Shown here piece after piece: positions 37,201 through 44,059 of a stretch of 44,059 nt of DNA. A program made the position numbers and the translations under genes. Numbering within the stretch: position 1 is the first letter of the stretch; every line of letters starts with the position of its first letter. The DNA comes from Myxococcota bacterium (GTDB lineage Bacteria > Myxococcota_A > UBA796 > CAJQPC01). The notes beneath the pieces are model-generated. The model ran no database searches, was not told the origin of the DNA, and saw only the letters and a list, made by a program, of their open reading frames with translations. The stretch spans positions 1 to 44,059 of the forward strand of contig DASCPX010000174.1 in NCBI GenBank assembly GCA_036012755.1, read 5' to 3'.

Positions 37201-38688
37201 ATGGGCCTGATGGATCGGATGCGGGCAGGAACGGACTCGTTCCTGATCCAGGCGCTCTTCGTCATCATCGTCGTCAGCTTCGTCTTCTGGGGCATCGGCA
37301 ACCAGGGCGCGAACTCGTATGCCAAGGCCGAGGTCGACGGCAGTCGCATCACGGACACGGAGTTCGACTTCGAGATCCGCCAACGCGCCCGGAGCGCCGG
37401 TCGGACGCTGACCGACGAGGAGTACCAACAGCTCGCGCGCGACACGCTCACCGGCATGATCCAGAAAAAGGTGCTGGTGAACGAGGCTGAACGCATCGGC
37501 CTCGAGATCAGCGACGACGAGGTGAAGCGCGCCATCTACCAGATCCCGGTCTTCCAGACCGAGGAAGGCGCCTTCAGCAAGACACGCTACGAGAACTTCC
37601 TCAAGGGCTACCAGCAGTCGGACGCTGCCTTCAGAGGCGAGATCTACGAGTCGCTGATCATCCAGAAGCTGCAGTCCATCACCTTCATGTCGGTGCACAT
37701 CACGGACGCTGATCTCGAGGAGATCCTCGCGCGGGAGGGCAGCTCCGTCTCGGTCACCTACGTGAAGGTGCCCGACGCATCCTTCCTCTCCGAGGTCGAA
37801 CTCAGCGACGAGGACGTCGCCGCCCTGGTGGCAGAGGCCCCGGACCGGATCCAGGCGACCTACGACAGCCAGTTCGAACGTCGCTTCAACGAGCCCCGCA
37901 AGGCCATGCTCCGCAGCATCCTCCTGCGCACCGACATGGAGGGACAGTCCTCTGCCGAAGAGGTCCAGGCCCGGATGACCGAGGTCCTCGCGGAGCTCGA
38001 CGCTGGCGCCGACTTCGGCGAGACCGCGAAGAAGTGGAGCGAGGCCCTCACCGCCGGCGAGGGCGGCATGCTCGGAACGCAGGCCGAGGACCAGCTCGAT
38101 TCCACCGTCGCGGCAGCGGTCTTCGCAGTTGCTCCGGGATCACGCACCGGCATCGTCGAGACCTCCAGGGGCATCCAGGTCTTCTCGGTCGAAGAGATCA
38201 TCGAGGCCAAGGTCACGCCCTACGAGGAGGTCGAGGATCGGCTCGCGCGCGAGGTGCTGCAGGAAGACCGCGCTCCGCAGCTGTCGAAGGCCTACGCCGA
38301 GCTGCTGCTCGGGCAGTGGAAGGAGTCCGGCACGCCTCCGCTGATGGAGCTCATCGAGAACGGCTTCCTGCCCAGCAACGAGGCCGAGCTGCGGCTCGGC
38401 GCGACCGGCCCCCGTGAGCTCGGCCCCGCGCCAGAGCTGATGGCGGCGCTGGCGGACGCCCAGGCCGGTGACGTCATCGACCAGGTCTTCGATGTGCGCG
38501 GCCAGCGGGTCGTCGTCCAGGTCACGAGCCGACGGGACATGACGCTGGAGGCCCTCGCCGGCGAGAAGGAGATGCTCCGCTACCAGGCCCGGGTCGCCGG
38601 ACAGCAGGAGTTCTGGGTGGCCTACGTCGACGACCTCGTCGCCAGGGCAGAGGTCGTCCGCCACGACCAGCCGCAGACCACCGAGTAG
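37201..38688 (+). CDS. PpiD-like periplasmic chaperone (SurA N-terminal + parvulin domain)
   Basis: N-terminal TM FVIIVVSFVFWG; EAERIGLEISDDEV; FQTEEGAFS; parvulin DFGETAKKWS...GGMLG. Confidence 0.85.
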   Translation: MGLMDRMRAGTDSFLIQALFVIIVVSFVFWGIGNQGANSYAKAEVDGSRITDTEFDFEIRQRARSAGRTLTDEEYQQLARDTLTGMIQKKVLVNEAERIGLEISDDEVKRAIYQIPVFQTEEGAFSKTRYENFLKGYQQSDAAFRGEIYESLIIQKLQSITFMSVHITDADLEEILAREGSSVSVTYVKVPDASFLSEVELSDEDVAALVAEAPDRIQATYDSQFERRFNEPRKAMLRSILLRTDMEGQSSAEEVQARMTEVLAELDAGADFGETAKKWSEALTAGEGGMLGTQAEDQLDSTVAAAVFAVAPGSRTGIVETSRGIQVFSVEEIIEAKVTPYEEVEDRLAREVLQEDRAPQLSKAYAELLLGQWKESGTPPLMELIENGFLPSNEAELRLGATGPRELGPAPELMAALADAQAGDVIDQVFDVRGQRVVVQVTSRRDMTLEALAGEKEMLRYQARVAGQQEFWVAYVDDLVARAEVVRHDQPQTTE

Positions 38689-38772
38689 GCGACGAAGCCG
38701 CCCTGACAGCGCCTTGAACACGAGGGAGTCGGGCGCGGCGGTATAGTCCGTCTTCGCACTCCGAGGACCGGC

Positions 38773-41700
38773 ATGCTCAGCGTTGCCCTAGCCCTTTCTG
38801 GCTGCTCGCCCACTCCCCAGTTCAGACCCGTCGCAGACGCCGGTCCAGACGTCATCGTCGCCCCCGGCCAGCAAGGGGTGCTCTCCGGTAGTGGGACCGA
38901 CGCCGATGGCGCCGTAGAGACCTTCGAGTGGGTGCTCATCGGAACGCCACCCGGAGCCACCTGGACCCTCTCGGACAGCGGTCCGCAGGCAGCGGTCGAG
39001 ACCGACAAGACCGGCACCTACACCGTGGGCCTCGTCGTCCTGGACGACGACGGCAACCGCTCGACGATGGACGTCGCCAACGTCCACGCGGTCTCGGCCA
39101 ACGGCATGCCGAGTGCGGAGCTCATCGCCACCGGCACCCTCGGCACCGGCGAGGACCTGACCCTCGATGGCACCGCCTCCAGCGACCCCGACGGGGATCC
39201 CCTCCGCTACTTCTTCAGCATCATCATCTCCCCAGAGGGAAGCGGAGCAGCCCTGGAGGACGTCGACGAGGAGATCCCCTACGCGAGCTTCACGCCGCCG
39301 GCCGAGGGCTTCTACATCGTGGGGTTGGAGGTCGACGACGGCACCTCCCGCTCCGTCCGCTCGGACCTCGAGCTGCGAGTCACGGACACGCCGAACTCCG
39401 GTCCCATCGCGGTCTGTCCGGGACAACTGGAGGGGCCGATCGGCACGGCGATCGACATCGACGGCAGCGACTCCTACGACCCCGACGGTGACAGCCTCCA
39501 GTACAGCTGGGAGCTGATCTCCACGCCAGAGGGCTCCAGCGCGGAGCTGGAAGGCGCCGGCCCCGTGAACCGCCTCACACCGGATGTCGACGGCGTCTGG
39601 CGTGTCGGCCTCGCCGTCTTCGACGGCGTGCTGTGGTCCGAGCAGTGCGAGTTCACCATCAAGGGCGGCCAGGGCAGCGGCAACAACGCTCCGGTCGCCG
39701 ACGCGGGAGAGGACCTCCTCGGCGACGTCGACACCCCCGTGCTGCTCGACGGACGGGGCTCCTACGACCCCGAAGACGACCCGCTCACGGCGGAGTGGAC
39801 CTTCCTGTCGACGCCCGGCACCTCCGCGCTGACCGACGGCGACATCGAGAGCGCCTTCTCCTTCGAAGCGGGCTTCACCCCAGACGTCGGGGGCACCTAC
39901 CGCCTGCAGCTCTTGGCCTGTGATCAGGAGCCGCTCTGCGACACCGACACCGTCACCGTCACCGTCATCGACAGCGGCAACACTCCGCCGGTCGCCGATG
40001 CGGGCGATGACCAGTCCGGAGACGCTGGAGACAGCTTCACCCTCGACGGGTCCGACTCCTACGATCCGGACGGCGACACCATCGACTACCAGTGGACGCT
40101 GGGATCGATCCCGGCCGCCTCCACCCTCACCAACTCCGACATCGCCGACGCCACCGACGTCACCGCCGAGATCACACCGGACACCGACGGTCGCTACGAG
40201 GTCATCCTCGAGGTCTGCGACGCCACCGACTGCGACAGTGACACCGTCACCATCGAAGCCGGCGATGTCGGCAACACCGCCCCGGTCGCCGACGCCGGCT
40301 CTGACGCCTCTGGCACCCTCGGCGCGACCGTCACCTTGGACGGCTCGGGCTCCTACGACGCCGATGGCGACCCGCTGACATACCGCTGGGGCTTCAAGTC
40401 CGTGCCGAGCGGCTCGGGCCTCGACAACGACGACTGGACCGACCGGACCACGGAAAACGGCAAGTTCACCCCCGACACCGAAGGCGACTACGAGATCCGC
40501 CTGACCGTCAAGGACGGCGTGGAAGAGGACAGCGATCTGGTCACCATCACGGTCACCGCCGGCGGGAACACAGCGCCGGTCGCGGACGCGGGAGGCGACA
40601 CGACGGGCACCACCGGATCAGCGCTCACCCTGGACGGCTCCGGCTCCTACGACGTCGACGGCGACCCGCTGACATACCGCTGGGGCTTCAAGTCCGTGCC
40701 GAGCGGCTCGGGCCTCGACAACGACGACTGGACCGACCGCTACACCGACTCCGGGAACTTCACCCCCGACGCCGCCGGAGACTACGAGATCCGCCTCACG
40801 GTCAACGACGGCACGGAGGAAGACAGCGACCTCGCGACCGTCACCGTCACCGGCGGCGGCAACAACCCGCCGGTGGCAGACGCCGGCTCGGACGACACCG
40901 TGAGCGTCGGCAGCAGCGCAAACATGGACGGCTCCGGCTCCTCCGACCCTGACGGAGATCCCCTGAGCTATCGCTGGGGCTTCAAGTCCGTGCCGAGCGG
41001 CTCGGGCCTCGACAACACGGACTGGACCGACCGCTACACCGACTCCGGGAGCTTCACCCCCGACGTCGCCGGAGACTTCGAGGTCCGCCTCACGGTCAAC
41101 GACGGCACGGACGAAGACAGCGACCTGGTCACCATCACGGCGACGGGAGGAGGCGCGAACAGCCCGCCGTCGGCAGAGGCCGGTGACGACCAGTCCCCCT
41201 GCCTGCTCGAGGCGGCCCAGCTCAACGGCAACAGCAGCTCCGACCCGGACGGCGATCCCCTCACCTACATGTGGTCGCCGAGTTCCGTGCCCTCCGGCAG
41301 ATCGCTGACGGACTCCGATCTCGACGGCAGGTGGAAGGCCAAGGTGGAGCTCACCCCCGACGCCTTCGGCACCTACACGCTGGAGCTCGAGGTCGACGAC
41401 GGCACCGACACCGACACGGTGGATCTGGACTTCGACTCGGAAGACGCCGTGCTGGTCCTCCACCTCGACGAGACCAGCGGCTTCACCGCCGTGGACGACA
41501 GCCCCAACGGCCTCGACGGGAGCGTCACCAACGACGACTGGGTCGGAGCCTGGTACTTCGGTGGCCTCTCCTTCGACGGCACTGGGGACATCGTCGTCCC
41601 GCACGACAGCGCGATCGACCTGGTCAGCGACTGGTCCGCCGAGTTCTGGGTGAAGGCCGAGCCGAGCACATCCACCGCCTACCAGAACCTCTTCATCAAG

Positions 41701-43422
41701 CCAACGAGCGCCGGTGCAGCCACCTACAGCTACAGCCTCTGGCGCTATGGCAACGAGACGGTCGCGTTCTACGGGCTGAACACAAGCGGCAGCACCAACT
41801 ACGCGTGGGCCACCGGTGCGAGCATCGGGGACGGTGAGTGGCACCACTACGTCGTCAACGTGACCTCCGGAGACGACATCGAGATCTACGAGGACGGCGC
41901 GCTGCTCACTACGGGCACCTCGTCCGTCCCGCTGGTCACCAGCACCGCCGACCTCGAGATCGGCGCCTGGTCCACCTACCCGGGCTACGAGCTCGAGGGA
42001 GTCCTCGATGAGCTCGTGCTGCGGGACGTCGCGCTGTCCGGGGCGGAGATCTCCGACCGCTACGCCGCGGCGACCCAGTTCTGCACAGAGGACTCCGACA
42101 GCGACTCACCGGCGGCGACCATCACCTCACCGGCGAGCGGGAGCTCCACGAACCTTGGCTACGTCGCGATCGAAGGCACGGCCTCCGACGACTCGGAGAT
42201 CACGAGCGTCTCGGTCAACGGCACTGAAGCCCTCGCTACCTCCGAGGGCTTCGCGACGTGGGTGGCCTACGTGTCCCTGGCAAGCGGAAGCAACAGCTTC
42301 AACGTGTCGACAGAGGACATCGTGGGCAACAGCGACTCCGGCGCCGACAGCGTGACGGTCACCTTCACGGACGACTGCTTCGACGACTACCGGATGGTGC
42401 TGGCCCTGGACGAGGACGAGGGCGGCTCGGCCGTCGACGCCAGCAGCTATGGCAGCGACGGCACGGGCACCGGCACGGATCGCGTGGTGGGCGTCTTCGG
42501 CAACGCGGCGTGGTTCGACGGCGGCGCCTCGGTCACCGTGCCTCACCACAGCCGCCTCAGCGGGGGCAGCGCGTTCACCGCCGACTTCTGGTTCAAGGCC
42601 GACGCCCCAGGCGGCTCCCAGGTGCTGTTCCACAAGGGCACCTACGACTACGGCGTCGCCATCACCGGCAGCGATCTCTACTGCGGAACCACCGACTCCG
42701 GTGGCACGACCTACACGGCCGAAGCCCTCGGGGTGGTCGACGGTGACTGGCACCACGTGGCCTGCACCTTCAACACGACCTACCTGCGGCTGTACGTGGA
42801 CGGCACCAGAGAGGACATGGTGAGCGTCGGGGCGGCCTCAGCGACGAACACCGACGACCTCGTCATCGGTGAGTTCGGCTCCGCGACGGGCTTCGAGTAC
42901 GAAGGCCTCATCGACCATCTTCGCTTCGTCCCCCTGTCCTCGACGGCGGCCGAGGTCTCCGCGATGTACAGCGAGGGCGAGCAGTGCGCGATCAGCGACG
43001 ACCTCGCTCCTGACGGCAGCGCCTCGGCCAGCGCCGATTTCGGCACCTACATCGACGAGGCCACCGACGAGGACGACTCCACGAACGTCACCTACTGGCT
43101 GCTCCCGGCGAGCACGACCGGCTACGTCGAGGTCGACCTCGGCGAGGTCGTGGGCGTCACCCGCATCCGCTGGCTCAACACCCACAACGCGACCGCCTAC
43201 ACCGCGGCGGCCGAGGACTTCGAGATCCATGTCTCGACCACGGGCGACTTCGACGGCGAAGAGACCATCGTCGAGACCGGCAGCGACGACCTCGAGGACG
43301 ACCTGAGACACCACCAGGTAGACCTCAGCGACCCCGTCCCGGGTCGCTACGTCCGCTTCTACGTCGACAGCTACCACGAACTTCGCGGCGGGCTCAATGA
43401 GCTCGAGATCTACGGGTTGTAG
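38773..43422 (+). CDS. Large surface lipoprotein: about 9 PKD/K319L-like Ig repeats, LamG, Ig-like, LamG and F5/8-type C (discoidin) domains
   Basis: Lipobox ALSGC; repeated PVADAG.D...LDGS.S.DPDGD.L.Y.W; two LamG segments (DGEWHHYV; DGDWHHVACTF); C-terminal YVEVDLG...GRYVRFYV...LNELEIYG. Confidence 0.85.
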   Translation: MLSVALALSGCSPTPQFRPVADAGPDVIVAPGQQGVLSGSGTDADGAVETFEWVLIGTPPGATWTLSDSGPQAAVETDKTGTYTVGLVVLDDDGNRSTMDVANVHAVSANGMPSAELIATGTLGTGEDLTLDGTASSDPDGDPLRYFFSIIISPEGSGAALEDVDEEIPYASFTPPAEGFYIVGLEVDDGTSRSVRSDLELRVTDTPNSGPIAVCPGQLEGPIGTAIDIDGSDSYDPDGDSLQYSWELISTPEGSSAELEGAGPVNRLTPDVDGVWRVGLAVFDGVLWSEQCEFTIKGGQGSGNNAPVADAGEDLLGDVDTPVLLDGRGSYDPEDDPLTAEWTFLSTPGTSALTDGDIESAFSFEAGFTPDVGGTYRLQLLACDQEPLCDTDTVTVTVIDSGNTPPVADAGDDQSGDAGDSFTLDGSDSYDPDGDTIDYQWTLGSIPAASTLTNSDIADATDVTAEITPDTDGRYEVILEVCDATDCDSDTVTIEAGDVGNTAPVADAGSDASGTLGATVTLDGSGSYDADGDPLTYRWGFKSVPSGSGLDNDDWTDRTTENGKFTPDTEGDYEIRLTVKDGVEEDSDLVTITVTAGGNTAPVADAGGDTTGTTGSALTLDGSGSYDVDGDPLTYRWGFKSVPSGSGLDNDDWTDRYTDSGNFTPDAAGDYEIRLTVNDGTEEDSDLATVTVTGGGNNPPVADAGSDDTVSVGSSANMDGSGSSDPDGDPLSYRWGFKSVPSGSGLDNTDWTDRYTDSGSFTPDVAGDFEVRLTVNDGTDEDSDLVTITATGGGANSPPSAEAGDDQSPCLLEAAQLNGNSSSDPDGDPLTYMWSPSSVPSGRSLTDSDLDGRWKAKVELTPDAFGTYTLELEVDDGTDTDTVDLDFDSEDAVLVLHLDETSGFTAVDDSPNGLDGSVTNDDWVGAWYFGGLSFDGTGDIVVPHDSAIDLVSDWSAEFWVKAEPSTSTAYQNLFIKPTSAGAATYSYSLWRYGNETVAFYGLNTSGSTNYAWATGASIGDGEWHHYVVNVTSGDDIEIYEDGALLTTGTSSVPLVTSTADLEIGAWSTYPGYELEGVLDELVLRDVALSGAEISDRYAAATQFCTEDSDSDSPAATITSPASGSSTNLGYVAIEGTASDDSEITSVSVNGTEALATSEGFATWVAYVSLASGSNSFNVSTEDIVGNSDSGADSVTVTFTDDCFDDYRMVLALDEDEGGSAVDASSYGSDGTGTGTDRVVGVFGNAAWFDGGASVTVPHHSRLSGGSAFTADFWFKADAPGGSQVLFHKGTYDYGVAITGSDLYCGTTDSGGTTYTAEALGVVDGDWHHVACTFNTTYLRLYVDGTREDMVSVGAASATNTDDLVIGEFGSATGFEYEGLIDHLRFVPLSSTAAEVSAMYSEGEQCAISDDLAPDGSASASADFGTYIDEATDEDDSTNVTYWLLPASTTGYVEVDLGEVVGVTRIRWLNTHNATAYTAAAEDFEIHVSTTGDFDGEETIVETGSDDLEDDLRHHQVDLSDPVPGRYVRFYVDSYHELRGGLNELEIYGL
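40276..41157 (+). repeat. Three near-identical 294-bp coding repeats within the PKD array
   Basis: The block cgctggggcttcaagtccgtgccgagcggctcgggcctcgacaac recurs with its Tyr codon at 40381, 40675 and 40969. Unit boundaries are approximate. Confidence 0.85.
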
Positions 43423-43424
43423 TC

Positions 43425-44059
43425 ATGCTGATCACCCTGATGTTCCTGCTCACCTCCCCCGCCTTTGCCGACGAGGAGCTCTCTCCCACCGGAGGCAGCG
43501 CTCCGACCGTCGTGCGCTCGGCCGAGGGCGGCGGCGTCTACCACCCCATCGCCCCGGACGGTGTGCTGTCCTATGACGTCACCGGGCCCGTCACCCTCGA
43601 GGTCAACATCCGCCAGCGCCTCCCAACGGCCAGCGCACCGGTCGACACGATCAAGGTGGCCGCGAAGGGCGACGGCATGCTGATCTTGACGGTCAAGCTG
43701 AAGGGGGGGCCCGACAGCGGCTCCATCCTCGACGCCACCGGCGGCGTGCCCACGGTCGCGGACCGGGCCGAGATCACCGTGCCGCCCGGTCAGCACGTCT
43801 TCACGCTCGAGCCGATCGAGGCGCCCTATCCGCTGCTGGCACGAGTCACAGCGCTGACTGGCGACGATGGCCCGCCGGCGGTCGCCGTCCTGGAGGACCC
43901 ACCCGAACCAGTCGTCGAACGCGAGGTCGTGGAGCTCTTCGGCGAGGAGCCGACCGAGCCAGTCGCCGAGCCAGCCGGTGAACGCGAGGTCGTGGAGCTC
44001 TTCGGCGAGGAGCCGACCGAGCCAGTCGCCGAGCCAGTCGCCGAGCCAGCCGGTGAACG
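43425..44059 (+). CDS. Secreted hypothetical protein with Pro/Glu-rich repeats, 3'-partial (absent from the ORF track)
   Basis: ATG two bases after the upstream stop; signal peptide MLITLMFLLTSPAFA; the frame is open to the window end. Confidence 0.75.
   Translation, partial: MLITLMFLLTSPAFADEELSPTGGSAPTVVRSAEGGGVYHPIAPDGVLSYDVTGPVTLEVNIRQRLPTASAPVDTIKVAAKGDGMLILTVKLKGGPDSGSILDATGGVPTVADRAEITVPPGQHVFTLEPIEAPYPLLARVTALTGDDGPPAVAVLEDPPEPVVEREVVELFGEEPTEPVAEPAGEREVVELFGEEPTEPVAEPVAEPAGE
43917..44059 (+). repeat. 63-bp tandem repeat (EREVVELFGEEPTEPVAEPAG) running off the window end
   Basis: Copy 1 is 43917-43979. Copy 2 starts at 43980 and has an extra 12-bp gagccagtcgcc. Copy 3 begins at 44055. 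Confidence 0.9.

Noticed and set aside
38686..38706. Possible terminator hairpin after the PpiD-like gene
   Set aside because: The stem is short and there is no U-tract, so support is insufficient.

Overview
This is a 44 kb, very GC-rich and gene-dense bacterial segment. The MYXO-CTERM tail, MopE-like/FG-GAP and PKD/LamG surface lipoproteins, DUF4388-like/J-domain protein and ccsA-hemA-hemC cluster point to Myxococcota or a related deltaproteobacterium (inference). About 41 CDS are present. Most are housekeeping or envelope genes: a PilB/GspE ATPase (5'-partial), cdd, purine nucleoside phosphorylase, coaB, cysC, a GMC oxidoreductase pair, an ILVBL/HACL2-like ThDP enzyme, sixA-ppx, an ECF sigma/anti-sigma pair, polA, an acyl-CoA dehydrogenase, heme genes, trxA, an orphan mreB, an M48 protease and a PpiD-like chaperone. 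The most unusual locus is 28250-29362. It has four tandem 51-bp repeats, each with a TGAAACA-N3-TGTTTCA palindrome, then a hairpin and a 21-bp-spaced direct repeat, then a consensus sigma-54 promoter upstream of a divergent HUH/Y1 (RAYT-like) protein with a C-terminal HTH. Other notable items are an AhcY-like protein with substituted catalytic residues, a cNMP-domain/PhcB-like methyltransferase fusion with degenerate motifs, and an ECF sigma remnant. Bases 1-80 are an exact inverted copy of 444-523 and are probably a chimera or assembly artefact. No rRNA, tRNA or CRISPR array was recognised. All family assignments come from motifs read by eye; no searches were run.
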